NCBI GenBank assembly: GCA_965262615.1
Contig: OZ253545.1
Coordinates: 608,001 to 672,000 of the forward strand
Source of the DNA: Alphaproteobacteria bacterium
GTDB taxonomy: Bacteria; Pseudomonadota; Alphaproteobacteria; GM7ARS4; G965262615
Length of the DNA stretch: 64,000 nucleotides
Reading direction: 5' to 3'
The position numbers and the translations under genes are program-made. The notes under the pieces were generated by a model, which saw nothing but the letters and a program-made list of their open reading frames with translations, had not been told where the DNA came from and did not search any database. Each line of letters opens with the position of its first letter. Positions within the stretch are counted from its first letter, which is position 1. This document shows, in pieces, positions 10,409-21,454 of this stretch.

Positions 10409-13223
10409 GGTCATAGAGCTGTTGTTCGGTGGCACAATCGCTTTTGTGTCGCAACAATTGACGCAAAGGCACGCTGGCTTTTTGCCATGTAAACGGCGAA
10501 CGATGACACAAGCGCACCACGCCATCCAATTCATGCCACAGCCGAAAGGCTTGGGTCATGATGCGTGCGTCCTCGGCGGAAATGAGGCGATGGTGGCACA
10601 GCGCATGAAGGCTTTGTTCCAATTGGGGATGGAGAATATCAGGATGCTGTGCCGCGTGGGTGAGCAGCCAGCATTGATGAATGGTGTCAATATCAATCAT
10701 GCCGCCGCGCCGATATTTAAATGACCAAAACGCCTCCTCATTATCACGAGGACACAATTCTTTATGAATTTTCTTTCGCATGGCGTGAGCATCGTGACGG
10801 ATGGCATCGGCATCGCGCTTTTGAGTCAGGGTGTGATGGATAATCTCCTCTATTTTTTTGCGTAAAGCGGGTTTGCCCGCAATGACGCGCGCCTTTGTGA
10901 GTGCCATATGTTCCCACAGGCGCGCCCGTTGATTTTGGTAACGGCTGAAGGATGATAAACTGGCGGTGAGCAATCCTTTGTCGCCTTCAGGGCGCAGGCG
11001 GGTGTCCAGTTGATAGAGGTCTCCCTCGCTGGTGGCAGAAGAAATTGCCGTCATCAAGCGTTGGGCAAGGCGGGTGTAATAGCTGGTGGGCGCAAGGGAA
11101 TCGGCGGGCATTGAGGTGGCATCATCGTGAAGGAAAATGATGTCCAAATCGGACGCACCACTCAATTGCTGTGCTCCCAGTGTGCCCAATGCAATGATCG
11201 CCATTCCGTCATCGGCACGCGTGCCATATTGTTTCACAAAGGGCTTGCTCACCGCTTTGAGTATTTTCTCCAGCAACCCATCGGCAATATGACTGTAGAG
11301 CGGCGCGGCTTGCCTTGTCGTGATGCGATTTTGCAGCAGATGAATGCCCAATTGAAATTTTTTATCCTTTGCCCAAATTCGGGCTTGATTGAGGGATTGT
11401 TCCAAGTCGGCGTGCGGCTTCATCACTTTTTTAATCTCCTCTTTGATGGCGGCGGCGGTGATGGATTGTTCATCATAGAAATGACTCTCTAGGACATTAT
11501 CCAGCAGTTGGGGTCTGCGGGCGAGTCGCTCGGCAAGGCGCGGCGCCGTGCTCATGATGAATGCCAGCAAGCGCAGCAGCGGCGGATGATGAGTCAGCAA
11601 CGCAAACAGCTGCACCACTGCGGGGAGATTTTGAAGAAATAAATCAAACCGTGCCAAAGCTTGATGTTGGTTGTCATGGCGGGCGATTTCTTGCAAAAAA
11701 CTCGGCAAAAGCTGGTCAAACAGCGCGCGCCCACGCTCATCGGACAATGCCGGATAGTGAGCATGATGCCAGTGGCTGATGATGCGCGCCATCTGCTCGG
11801 AATCTTGCATGTTTTGCTGAATGAGCCACTGTTGAATGTCTTCGGTTTTGTTGGCGGTGGTGATGTCTGTTTTGAGCTGTGTGTGTGTTTTTTTTTCATT
11901 GGTGATGTGCTCCACCCGATTGATGTGCTCTGTGAGTTCACGGTGCAAAGCATCACCATTGGCATATCCCGCAAAACAGGCAAACACCTCAAATTCCTCT
12001 TGTTGTGTGGGGAGGGTGTGAGTTTGTTGATGATTCATCATTTGCAGGCGATGTTCCAGTGAGCGCAGGCACAGGTAGGCATTTTTGAGAGCGTCTGCAT
12101 TGTGTGAGGTGATTTTTTTCATTGTGTGCAGTTGGTGCAGGGCATCCAATGAGGCGGCGGCGCGCAAATTTTCATGCCGTCCGCCCCAAATCAATTGGAG
12201 GCACTGAAGGTGTGTTTCAATCGCGCGAATGCCGCCGCTTCCGTGTTTAAGATGATAACCACGCAGGGATTCATCGTGAGGGCGATGATAGCTCTGGGTG
12301 AGGGAGAGGATATCGTCAAGGGCGGTGAAATCCAAATGCCGCCGCCAGATGAACGGTTGAATGTAGGACACAAACGCGTCTCCTCGTTTTGTGTCACCTG
12401 CGATGCAGCGAGCCTTGATGAATGCGGCGCGCTCCCAGTTGCGTCCACGACTTTCATAGTATCGCTCCGCCGCACTCAGCGGCATCACCACTGCGCCATC
12501 GTCAGGGCGCAGACGCAAATCCACCCGCGCCACCATGCCGTCTTCGGTGTTGTCCCCCAGCAGATACACCAGCTGTTGTCCCCACCGCCGAGTTTCTTGC
12601 ATGGCGTGGGCACGATCGCGCCACAGGGGATGGTCATCATCGTAGAAAAAAATCACATCAATGTCGCTGGCATAATTGAGCTCACGCGCGCCCAGTTTGC
12701 CCAGTGCCAACACCACAAAGCCACTGTCTTTTTGTGTGAGAGCCGATTCTTTGTGGTGCAACAGAAAATCAAGACAGTGACGCACGGCAGTTTGGGCAAA
12801 ATCCGATGCGGTGCGCGCACTGGGCACAAGGGGCAACAAGCCACTCACCTCACCCAGTGCCAGAGCCAGCGCACTGTGCTGCTTGTGACGGCGCAGGGCG
12901 CGCATCAATGATTCCGATGATTGCAATTGCTGGGGCGATAAGGGGCGTGTCTGCCGAGCCAGCAGATCATCAAAGGCGGTTTTGATGTCGTGTTGCAGAA
13001 AATCATTCAAAAAAGCCATGTTTGTCATCAACAGGCGGGTGAGAAACGGCGAGGCAGAAAAAATGCTCTCCAATAATGACCGCCAGCAAGAGACTTGTTG
13101 GAGCGAGCATAAAAAGTCATATTCCTTACTGTGACGACACCATTGCTGCCAGTGATAGCGTGCCTGTTCTCGGCGCGCGTTTGCCACATAAAGGGGCGTG
13201 GTGATATGTTCCCATGATGTCAT
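10350..13223 (-). CDS. glnE: Glutamine synthetase adenylyltransferase/adenylyl-removing enzyme
   Basis: Two nucleotidyltransferase domains (LGKLGARELNYASDIDVIF...RVDLRLRP; LGTLGAQQL..ASDLDIIF...DTRLRPEG); start 13223 or 13241. Confidence 0.93.
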   Translation of the reverse strand: MTSWEHITTPLYVANARREQARYHWQQWCRHSKEYDFLCSLQQVSCWRSLLESIFSASPFLTRLLMTNMAFLNDFLQHDIKTAFDDLLARQTRPLSPQQLQSSESLMRALRRHKQHSALALALGEVSGLLPLVPSARTASDFAQTAVRHCLDFLLHHKESALTQKDSGFVVLALGKLGARELNYASDIDVIFFYDDDHPLWRDRAHAMQETRRWGQQLVYLLGDNTEDGMVARVDLRLRPDDGAVVMPLSAAERYYESRGRNWERAAFIKARCIAGDTKRGDAFVSYIQPFIWRRHLDFTALDDILSLTQSYHRPHDESLRGYHLKHGSGGIRAIETHLQCLQLIWGGRHENLRAAASLDALHQLHTMKKITSHNADALKNAYLCLRSLEHRLQMMNHQQTHTLPTQQEEFEVFACFAGYANGDALHRELTEHINRVEHITNEKKTHTQLKTDITTANKTEDIQQWLIQQNMQDSEQMARIISHWHHAHYPALSDERGRALFDQLLPSFLQEIARHDNQHQALARFDLFLQNLPAVVQLFALLTHHPPLLRLLAFIMSTAPRLAERLARRPQLLDNVLESHFYDEQSITAAAIKEEIKKVMKPHADLEQSLNQARIWAKDKKFQLGIHLLQNRITTRQAAPLYSHIADGLLEKILKAVSKPFVKQYGTRADDGMAIIALGTLGAQQLSGASDLDIIFLHDDATSMPADSLAPTSYYTRLAQRLMTAISSATSEGDLYQLDTRLRPEGDKGLLTASLSSFSRYQNQRARLWEHMALTKARVIAGKPALRKKIEEIIHHTLTQKRDADAIRHDAHAMRKKIHKELCPRDNEEAFWSFKYRRGGMIDIDTIHQCWLLTHAAQHPDILHPQLEQSLHALCHHRLISAEDARIMTQAFRLWHELDGVVRLCHRSPFTWQKASVPLRQLLRHKSDCATEQQLYDLMNERADAIGVLYRRTIVS

Positions 13224-15951
13224 GATGACGCACCGTAACATTTTTTTATCCTTCCTGCGAACAAGCGTGTTGTGTTTCGTGGGGATGGTGGCTGTTGTCG
13301 TTTTTCTTGTGTTGCTGTGGCTGGTGTCACCTCGCCATCAGATTCCGCTTTTGCATTATTTTGTATCCGCTCATGCTCATCAACAGATGGGGGGACAGTT
13401 TTTATCCGTGGGTGGCATTTCTCTGCAAAGGCTGAAGCACGATGCATGGCGGGTGCGGGTGTGGGATGTCCATTGGCTGGATGATTATGGGCAGCGTCTG
13501 ATTCATCTGCCTCAATTGGATGTGATTGTGCGCGATGACCTCACGCCACAACGCATAGAACTTGCTCATGATGATGTCACGGTGATTTTTTCCAGCCAAA
13601 GTCGTGAAGCCAGCACCTATGTTCCGCGCGATATCACCCAGTCGCTTTTGATTTTGCGTGCCGCCCCCGTGAGCTTGATTGTGGATGACACCGTGTTTCA
13701 CATAGAGGACATTCATGAAAAACAGCGATGGCGATTGGATGTGCGACAGGCTCACATCAGAGCGGGCGGTGTCAGTCGTGATGTGCGGGGGTTTGCCGAT
13801 GTGGTGGTGGCGGATGACGCACAGCCTTTTGTCAAGGCAGAGATCACATTGCAGCTGAATTTGAATCAGGATGACAAAGGACAGCAGCTGGATGGTTGGA
13901 TCACAGCACCGACAATTGCCATGTCTCATGCCACTCAATTGTGGCCTCGCGCCGCCGAGACCGATTTGCGTCAATGGATCGCCGAGAATATGAATCAAGG
14001 CTCATTGCGGCAGGTGCACAGTCATTTTTCTGTGCGGTTGCAGAACACTGGCGAGACATTTCTGCAACAGCTGCAAGGAGCGATGCAATTGTCTCAAGTC
14101 AGTTTGACCTATGTGGAGGGGCTGCCTGTCATTGAAGGCATTGATGGCGAGGCACGCTTTGATCGATCGCAAATGGAGATTGTCATCAATCAGGGGCAGG
14201 CGGGGATGGATGCTCATCGTCCCGTGCATATTTCTCATGGGCGTGTGGTGTTGAATCAATTGGACAGCTATCGTGAACGGGCACGGGGAGATGTGCGTGT
14301 GCGTTGTGAGTTGAGGTCGTGCCTATGGTTTTTGGATCATGAGCCGATCGGTTTGGGGGAAATTGCTCACGATGTGAGTCCCGAGAGCAGGGGGCAGATG
14401 AAGGCACAGCTGTCATTTGATATGGATTTGCGTACCGTTGAGGAACTCACGGACAGTGGTTTGCGTGTGCGAGGAGACATTGCCGATGTGTTATTGGTTT
14501 TTGAGGAGACGGTGAGGGCATCATCGGTTGGGTTGGATGTCAATACGCGCGGTGCCCAATTAACTGGTAATGGCACTCTTGGCGATTTGGACACCTCATT
14601 TTTCGCCTTCATTTCGTTTGATGATGCCCCCAGCACATACGGCATACAAGGGGTGCTTTCACCCGACCAAAGAAAGAAAACCCCATATCTGTCCTCTGTG
14701 CTGGCGGCTCTGCCTCATGGCTCTCTGCCCTACCGCATCGCCATTGAAGAACAAGACGATGACATCATCACGGTGGATGTGGATATGAGTGAATTGGTGT
14801 CTCATCCACTGTCGCTGTCGGCAACCATCACGGGGGATGAGTGGCGCGGCATCAGTTTCAATCAATTGGCGGTGCGCGGTGATGCCATTGAGGTGACAGG
14901 ACACGGACAGCTGATGGGCGAGACGGGAATGGTGTCTTTGAACACCGTGCAATTTTTCAATTCTGAAGGAAAGGCTTCATTTGATTGGACTGGCAACATC
15001 ATTCGCACCCGCCTCACCATGAGTTCCCTCGTCAGTGAAGATGTGCATCAGTTACTGGATGCTACCAGAGATTTGCCCACAACGCCCGCCTCTCAAGTCA
15101 AAATGATTGTCACCTTTGATATCCCTTCGGTGCGCTCTCGCGATGATGAGAATCATGCTATTGACGCTTTACGCGGCTGGACGATTGTGTCAGACGGCAT
15201 CATGCAGGATTTTTCGCTGGAGGGGCGTTTGCGTCAGGGGGAGCGGTTGGGTCAGGTGACGATGCGTGTTTTCAGGGAGAAGGCAACGCGCCAATTGCAT
15301 CTGGACACCGACCAAGCGGGAACGCTCTTTGCCGCACTGGGAATGACGGGAAGACTGCAACAGGGAAATTTGACGGTGCGCATCAGCTCTCCTCTGCAAG
15401 AAACCCAATGGACGGGGTCGGTTCTCATGGAGAATTTCACCTGGCGGCATCCGCCGCAGTTTATGGAATTGCTGTATCAGTTGTCATTGGGGGAGCAAAA
15501 GGAAGTGGCGGCGGACTCCTCACAGGTGGCGGTGGAGTCGGACTTGCCTTTTGCCTCTTTGCGCGTGGCACTGCGTGGGGACGGCAGCTCGGTGGTCACA
15601 TTGGATGAGGGACGAGTGGAAACCGATGGTTTTGCCCTCTCCTTTGAGGGACAGCTGGACTATGTGCGCGATCGCATGGCGTTTGGAGGAACATTGACAC
15701 CCTATCAGAATGTCAATGAATTTTTGTCCCATGTGCCACTGCTGGGCGATTTGTTGCTGGGCGGCTCTGATGAGGGACTCTTTGCTCTGCGCTATGGTTT
15801 GAGCGGACGCTTGTCTGACCCCGATGTGGAAATCAATCCTTTGTCGGTATTGTTCCCGGGGGCACTGCGCTATGTGGCGGATGGATTGTCATTTTTGTGG
15901 GGCGGTGTGGGACAAACACGCCTTGAAGAGGTCACCGAATCGCCACCATGA
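13222..15951 (+). CDS. AsmA/YhdP-like (DUF3971) membrane-anchored protein
   Basis: N-terminal TM helix, beta-rich body, C-terminal VPLLGDLL.G..EGLFA.Y...G...P.V.INPLS.L.PG.LR motif; start uncertain. Confidence 0.8.
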   Translation: MMTHRNIFLSFLRTSVLCFVGMVAVVVFLVLLWLVSPRHQIPLLHYFVSAHAHQQMGGQFLSVGGISLQRLKHDAWRVRVWDVHWLDDYGQRLIHLPQLDVIVRDDLTPQRIELAHDDVTVIFSSQSREASTYVPRDITQSLLILRAAPVSLIVDDTVFHIEDIHEKQRWRLDVRQAHIRAGGVSRDVRGFADVVVADDAQPFVKAEITLQLNLNQDDKGQQLDGWITAPTIAMSHATQLWPRAAETDLRQWIAENMNQGSLRQVHSHFSVRLQNTGETFLQQLQGAMQLSQVSLTYVEGLPVIEGIDGEARFDRSQMEIVINQGQAGMDAHRPVHISHGRVVLNQLDSYRERARGDVRVRCELRSCLWFLDHEPIGLGEIAHDVSPESRGQMKAQLSFDMDLRTVEELTDSGLRVRGDIADVLLVFEETVRASSVGLDVNTRGAQLTGNGTLGDLDTSFFAFISFDDAPSTYGIQGVLSPDQRKKTPYLSSVLAALPHGSLPYRIAIEEQDDDIITVDVDMSELVSHPLSLSATITGDEWRGISFNQLAVRGDAIEVTGHGQLMGETGMVSLNTVQFFNSEGKASFDWTGNIIRTRLTMSSLVSEDVHQLLDATRDLPTTPASQVKMIVTFDIPSVRSRDDENHAIDALRGWTIVSDGIMQDFSLEGRLRQGERLGQVTMRVFREKATRQLHLDTDQAGTLFAALGMTGRLQQGNLTVRISSPLQETQWTGSVLMENFTWRHPPQFMELLYQLSLGEQKEVAADSSQVAVESDLPFASLRVALRGDGSSVVTLDEGRVETDGFALSFEGQLDYVRDRMAFGGTLTPYQNVNEFLSHVPLLGDLLLGGSDEGLFALRYGLSGRLSDPDVEINPLSVLFPGALRYVADGLSFLWGGVGQTRLEEVTESPP

Positions 15952-17200
15952 GATTTTTTTTCTTGCCGATGGAAATGATTTGTTGCGGCAAATTTTTATC
16001 AAGGCGATGGTGAATGTCGGTGATGGTGACATCGCCTACCTTGATGCCGCCACCCTCAATCAGACGGCGCGCCGCCGAGCGACTGGAAGTCATACCTGAT
16101 TGGGTGAGGACATCAATCACAAGAAATGCGTCATCATCGCCATCGGCGGCGAGGTGATACAGCTGTTTCACTAGATGTTTTGCCAGAGACACCTGAGAAG
16201 ATCGTGCGATCCTGTCGCCTTTTTCAAAAAATTGCTCTGCTAAGGCATAACATTCTTTAGCGGCATCGTCACCGTGACACAGGCGGGTGGCTTCATTGGC
16301 GAGGCGTTTTTTTGCCTCATTGAGATATGCTCCCGTCTTGCGAGTGAGTTCTTTAATTTCATCAAGAGACAATTCCGTAAAGAGGCACAAAAAGCGTTTG
16401 ACATCTTGGTCGTCCACATTGCGCCAGTACTGCCAATAGTCCCACGGTTTCAGATGCTCCCTACTGAGCCAGACTGCGCCATTGGCGGTCTTGCCCATCT
16501 TTTTGCCATCGTGGGTGAGCAACAGGGGGGCGGTGAGTCCAAAGGCTTGGCGTTGTGTGAGGCGGCGAATCAAATCAATCCCCGCCGTGATGTTGCCCCA
16601 TTGGTCTGAGCCTCCCATTTGCAACAGACACTCTGCGCGCTGACTCAATTGATAAAAATCATAGGATTGTAGCAGCATGTAATTGAATTCCAAAAAGCTC
16701 AAATGTTGTTCTCGCTCCAGCCTTTGGCGAATGGATTCGGCTTGCAGCATTTTATTGACAGAAAAATGCCGTCCGATGTCTCTGAGAAATTCAATGTAAT
16801 TGAGGTCATTCAACCAGTCATCATTGTGGATAAAGAGGGCTTTGTTGTTTCCATTGGTGTTGAGAAAGTGGGCGATGATGGATTCAATGGATTGGGCATG
16901 GTGGCGGATGGATTGTTGGTCTTGCAGCGGACGGGTTTCGTCTTTTCCCGATGGGTCGCCGATTTTGGTCGTGCCACTGCCCAACAGGACGATGGGTTGA
17001 TGCCCACACTGTTGAAACAGTCGCAAAAGCATGATGGGAAGCAGACTGCCCACATGCAAACTGGCGGCGGTGAGATCAAAGCCAATATAGGCGCGGCGAG
17101 GCTGACAGAGCCAATCATCCAGTTCGTTGGCATCGGTGCAATCATGAACAAAGCCGCGAGCGGTTGCCTGTTGAAGAAAAGAGGAGCGGTGGGCGGTCAT
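15932..17200 (-). CDS. tyrS: Tyrosine--tRNA ligase
   Basis: YIGFD.TA.SLHVG, GGSDQWGNI and KMGKT motifs; C-terminal S4 domain. Confidence 0.97.
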   Translation of the reverse strand: MTAHRSSFLQQATARGFVHDCTDANELDDWLCQPRRAYIGFDLTAASLHVGSLLPIMLLRLFQQCGHQPIVLLGSGTTKIGDPSGKDETRPLQDQQSIRHHAQSIESIIAHFLNTNGNNKALFIHNDDWLNDLNYIEFLRDIGRHFSVNKMLQAESIRQRLEREQHLSFLEFNYMLLQSYDFYQLSQRAECLLQMGGSDQWGNITAGIDLIRRLTQRQAFGLTAPLLLTHDGKKMGKTANGAVWLSREHLKPWDYWQYWRNVDDQDVKRFLCLFTELSLDEIKELTRKTGAYLNEAKKRLANEATRLCHGDDAAKECYALAEQFFEKGDRIARSSQVSLAKHLVKQLYHLAADGDDDAFLVIDVLTQSGMTSSRSAARRLIEGGGIKVGDVTITDIHHRLDKNLPQQIISIGKKKNLMVAIR

Positions 17201-17272
17201 GTCATTCTTTTAGAGATTCTCATGGGCAAAGCCAAGTCTTGTCTTATGGATAAAGAATGTTACTATAGCACC

Positions 17273-17914
17273 ATGACGAGACGACTTGGTATTCTGGTGT
17301 TTTCGGTGACTCTTTTTTGCGCAGGCGAGTCTTCGTGGGCGCAGGTGGAGAAAATCCGCTATGAGCCGCGTGTGCAATGGCAAAAGACGGGGATTTATCT
17401 GTCGTTGCGAGGCGGCGCGTTTTTACATCATGACTCTTCCTCTATCTACGGCGATATTGTGGGCGCGGGCGGCGCAGCTGTGGGATTGCTGCTCAGCTTT
17501 GGTGAGTCTCGCAGAGTGCCTTTGTCATCCATGCGGCTGGAGCTGGAGGGCAGCTATATTGCTCAAAAAAATGTGGGACGCACGCAAAACAGTCGTGTGC
17601 ATCGCTGGAAAGCCAGTGGGTATATGCTTTTGTCATCGCTGTTTTTTGATTTGCGCACGGAACATGCTCTCAAACCCTATGTGATGCTGAGCGGCGGCTA
17701 TCGCGAACCATCGCTGACATTGACTCAAGGCAACAGCCCCATTTTTCATGACCGTTCAGGCTTGTTGGGCGGTGGCGGTGGTGTGGGCGTGTCGCTCAAT
17801 GAGGACGATTCCATCATATTGGACATGGACTATCGCTATCTTCATAATTTAAAAGAGGATGGCGTTGGCACAAGTCACATGACATTCATCGGCGTGCGCT
17901 TTTTGGATTTGTGA
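17273..17914 (+). CDS. Small outer-membrane beta-barrel protein (OmpA/Opa/surface-antigen-like)
   Basis: Signal peptide, GIYLSLRGG first strand, RLELEG, KPYV, LDMDYRY, C-terminal IGVRF; the ORF track's upstream part is antisense to tyrS. Confidence 0.75.
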   Translation: MTRRLGILVFSVTLFCAGESSWAQVEKIRYEPRVQWQKTGIYLSLRGGAFLHHDSSSIYGDIVGAGGAAVGLLLSFGESRRVPLSSMRLELEGSYIAQKNVGRTQNSRVHRWKASGYMLLSSLFFDLRTEHALKPYVMLSGGYREPSLTLTQGNSPIFHDRSGLLGGGGGVGVSLNEDDSIILDMDYRYLHNLKEDGVGTSHMTFIGVRFLDL

Positions 17915-17922
17915 GGACGACA

Positions 17923-19611
17923 ATGAACAGCAAAACCATGGGCAGTGATATTGAAATAGCGTCTCAGGCGCGTCTTGTTCCTATGACGGAGCTGGCGCCG
18001 TCTCGTTTGGGCTTGGCGGCGGATGTGATTTCCCCCTACGGACACGATAAGGCGAAAATTCCCTTGAGCACGCTGGAAGGACTCAAGAAAAACAAGGATG
18101 GCACGCTGATTTTGGTGACAGCCATGACTCCCACCAAGGCGGGTGAGGGCAAGACCACCACATCGGTGGGACTGGCGGACGGTTTGAATCACATTGGCAA
18201 GAATGCCGTGGTGGCGTTGCGCGAGCCTAGTTTGGGTCCTTGTTTTGGCATGAAAGGCGGTGCGGCGGGAGGCGGTTATGCTCAGGTTGTGCCCATGGCG
18301 GATATCAATTTGCATTTTACGGGAGATTTTCACGCCATCACCTCGGCGCATATGTTGCTGTCGGCGATGGTGGATAATCATATTTACTGGCGTTCGGCGC
18401 CGCACATTGATGCACGACGCGTCACATGGCGCAGAGTGGTGGATATGAATGATCGCGCCCTGCGCTCGGTGGTGACATCGCTGGGCGGCGTGGGCAATGG
18501 CTTTGCCCGTGAGGACGGATTTGATATCACGGTGGCATCCGAGGTGATGGCGATTTTCTGCCTTGCCACCGATATCAAGGATTTGCAAGAGCGGCTGGGA
18601 CGCATCATTGTGGGCTATGATTATGATAAAAAGCCCGTGCGCGCCGCCGACATCAAAGCCGCAGGAGCGATGACCGCATTGTTGCGAGATGCTTTGCAAC
18701 CAAACTTGGTGCAGACTCTGGAGAATAATCCCGCACTGATTCATGGGGGTCCTTTTGCCAATATTGCCCATGGGTGTAACACGGTGCTGGCGACCAAGAC
18801 GGCTCTCAAATTGGCGGATTATGTGGTGACCGAAGCCGGCTTTGGGGCTGATTTGGGTGCAGAGAAATTTTTCAACATTAAATGTCGCAAAGCGGGGCTT
18901 TCACCCAAAGCGGCGGTGGTGGTGGCGACGGTGCGCGCTCTGAAAATGCACGGCGGTGTGGCTGCCAGTGACTTGGCAAAGGAAAACATTGATGCCGTCA
19001 AGAAGGGATTGCCCAATCTCATTCGTCACTTGGAAAACATTGCTCTTTTTGGCTTGCCTGCGGTGGTGGCGATCAATCGTTTTCCCACTGATACCGAAGC
19101 TGAGATCAAAACGGTGGAGGAAGCGTGTCGGCGCGCGGGCGTGCAAGCCATTTTGGCGGAGCATTGGGCAAAAGGTGGTGAGGGGGCTGTGAATGTGGCG
19201 CGTGCCGTTGTGTCACTGGTGGAAGAGGGCAAGGGCAAGTTTAAGCCTCTGTATCCTGATTCCATGTCCTTGATTGATAAAATTCGCACCATTGTGCAAA
19301 AGATTTATCGCGGTGATGATATTCAGCTTCATGCGGGGGTTGAGGCGAAGCTGCGCTCATTTGAAGAGATGGGCTATGGCGATGTTCCTGTTTGCATGGC
19401 AAAGACTCAATACAGTTTTTCGTCTGATGCGGCGGCGTTTGGTGCGCCGACTGGATTTTCTGTTCCTGTGCGGGATGTGCGTCTGGCGGCGGGAGCGGGT
19501 TTTGTGGTGGCATTGGCGGGGGATATCATGACGATGCCCGGCTTGCCTCGTCATCCTGCGGCGGAGCAGGTGGGCGTGGGCGATGATGGCGCAATTGTCG
19601 GCTTATTTTAG
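17923..19611 (+). CDS. fhs: Formate--tetrahydrofolate ligase
   Basis: [36 protein letters not shown] and [10 protein letters not shown] motifs. Confidence 0.97.
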   Translation: MNSKTMGSDIEIASQARLVPMTELAPSRLGLAADVISPYGHDKAKIPLSTLEGLKKNKDGTLILVTAMTPTKAGEGKTTTSVGLADGLNHIGKNAVVALREPSLGPCFGMKGGAAGGGYAQVVPMADINLHFTGDFHAITSAHMLLSAMVDNHIYWRSAPHIDARRVTWRRVVDMNDRALRSVVTSLGGVGNGFAREDGFDITVASEVMAIFCLATDIKDLQERLGRIIVGYDYDKKPVRAADIKAAGAMTALLRDALQPNLVQTLENNPALIHGGPFANIAHGCNTVLATKTALKLADYVVTEAGFGADLGAEKFFNIKCRKAGLSPKAAVVVATVRALKMHGGVAASDLAKENIDAVKKGLPNLIRHLENIALFGLPAVVAINRFPTDTEAEIKTVEEACRRAGVQAILAEHWAKGGEGAVNVARAVVSLVEEGKGKFKPLYPDSMSLIDKIRTIVQKIYRGDDIQLHAGVEAKLRSFEEMGYGDVPVCMAKTQYSFSSDAAAFGAPTGFSVPVRDVRLAAGAGFVVALAGDIMTMPGLPRHPAAEQVGVGDDGAIVGLF

Positions 19612-19613
19612 GA

Positions 19614-20156
19614 ATGGCACTCTATCACGCCACAACGGTCTTGGCTGTGCGAACAAAAGAGCAGGTGGTGCTTGCCGCCGATGGACAGGTGACCCAAGAT
19701 GCCACCGTTGTGAAGTCATCGGCGAACAAGTTGCGCTCCTTGGGAGCGGGGCGAATTGTGGCGGGATTTGCAGGCTCTACCGCCGATGCCATAACCTTGT
19801 TTGAACGGCTGGAGGCAAAGATTGAAAGTCATGCCGGACACCTCGATCGCGCCGCAGTGGAAATGGCAAAGGATTGGCGCAGTGATAAATATCTGCGGCG
19901 GCTGGAGGCACTGATGCTGGTGGCGGATGCCTCGCGCATTTTGTTGGTGTCAGGCTCGGGGGATGTCATTGAACCCGATGGTGATGCGGCGGCGATTGGC
20001 TCGGGCGGAGTCTATGCGCTGGCGGCGGCGCGAGCTTTTTTGACCGCAGGAATCACCGATGGCGAGAAAATCGTCAGACAAGCCATGACCATCGCCGCCG
20101 ATTTGTGCGTCTATACCAATCATCAATTGACCGTTTTATCACTGCCTGCGTCATGA
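19614..20156 (+). CDS. hslV: ATP-dependent protease peptidase subunit HslV
   Basis: HATT N-terminus; GFAGSTADA, DKYLRRLEA and IGSGG motifs. Confidence 0.96.
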   Translation: MALYHATTVLAVRTKEQVVLAADGQVTQDATVVKSSANKLRSLGAGRIVAGFAGSTADAITLFERLEAKIESHAGHLDRAAVEMAKDWRSDKYLRRLEALMLVADASRILLVSGSGDVIEPDGDAAAIGSGGVYALAAARAFLTAGITDGEKIVRQAMTIAADLCVYTNHQLTVLSLPAS

Positions 20157-21454
20157 TGTTTTCCCCGCGTGAGATTATATCGGAATTGAATCGCTTCATC
20201 ATTGGTCAAGAGGAAGCCAAGCGGGCGGTGGCGGTGGCATTACGCAATCGCTGGCGGCGCATGCAGGTGCCGCCACCCATGAGAGATGAAATTCTGCCCA
20301 AGAACATTCTCATGATTGGGCCCACCGGTGTCGGCAAGACCGAGATGGCGCGGCGGCTCTCGCATTTGGATGATGCCCCTTTTGTCAAGGTGGAAGCCAC
20401 CAAATTTACCGAAGTGGGATATGTGGGACGCGATGTGGAACAGATTATTCGCGATCTCGTGGATGTCGCCATCGCTCAAACCCGAGAGCGCACCAGACAA
20501 AAAGTCACCGCACAAGCCGAACTGGCAACAGAACAAAAACTCATTCAGGCGTTGAGTCAAAGCTTCAGCACAGACCCTAAACAATTGCTACAGCAATTAC
20601 GCACAGGAGCTCTGGATGACCAACAGGTGGATGTCAATGTGAAAGAATCACCCGCCGTGCAAATGCCATCATTTGAATTGCCCGGCATGACGGGCGCGCA
20701 CATGGTCAATATGCAAGACATCATTGGTAAAATGATGGGCGGTGATAAACAGCGTCAGCGCAAAATGACCGTCAAGGAAGCCAAAGCAAGACTGCTGGAG
20801 GAAGAGTGCGATAAACACATTGATGAGGATGAACTTCATCGCTCGGCTCTTGAAATCGTGCAAGAGCGCGGCATTGTCTTTATTGATGAGATTGACAAGA
20901 CTTGCCGTCATGATTCGGCACAGCGCGGCGGCGATGTCAGTCGTGAGGGGGTGCAGCGGGATCTTCTGCCATTGATTGAAGGGACGATTGTCACCACCCG
21001 TTATGGCGCGGTGCGGACGGATCATATTTTATTCATTGCTTCGGGGGCGTTTCACGGCGCAAAGCCGTCTGACCTCATGCCGGAATTGCAAGGACGATTG
21101 CCGGTGCGGGTGCGCTTTAAGCCTCTTTCCAGCGATGATTTTTTTCTCATTCTCACCGAGCCAGAAAACAATTTGGTGCGCCAGTATCAATCGTTGCTGC
21201 GAGCTGAGCAGGTGGAGCTGGACATGGATGAGGATGCCATTGTGCGCATTGCTCAACTGGCGGCGGATGTCAATGATCGCATTGAGAACATTGGCGCGCG
21301 CCGCTTGCATGCTCTGATGGAACGGGTGCTGGAGGATATTAGTTTTGAGGCAGGGGATTCGTCTAAAAAGAAGTTTCATGTCACCAAAGCTTATGTGGAT
21401 GAGCGCATGCAAAGCTTCATTGAAGAGCAAGATTTATCCCGTTTTATTTTGTGA
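20153..21454 (+). CDS. hslU: ATP-dependent protease ATPase subunit HslU
   Basis: PKNILMIGPTGVGKTE, EGVQRDLLP and ENIGARRL motifs. Confidence 0.97.
   Translation: MMFSPREIISELNRFIIGQEEAKRAVAVALRNRWRRMQVPPPMRDEILPKNILMIGPTGVGKTEMARRLSHLDDAPFVKVEATKFTEVGYVGRDVEQIIRDLVDVAIAQTRERTRQKVTAQAELATEQKLIQALSQSFSTDPKQLLQQLRTGALDDQQVDVNVKESPAVQMPSFELPGMTGAHMVNMQDIIGKMMGGDKQRQRKMTVKEAKARLLEEECDKHIDEDELHRSALEIVQERGIVFIDEIDKTCRHDSAQRGGDVSREGVQRDLLPLIEGTIVTTRYGAVRTDHILFIASGAFHGAKPSDLMPELQGRLPVRVRFKPLSSDDFFLILTEPENNLVRQYQSLLRAEQVELDMDEDAIVRIAQLAADVNDRIENIGARRLHALMERVLEDISFEAGDSSKKKFHVTKAYVDERMQSFIEEQDLSRFIL

Noticed and set aside
16703-17272. Long N-terminal extension of the outer-membrane protein ORF
   Set aside because: It is antisense to tyrS; the signal peptide indicates a start at 17273.
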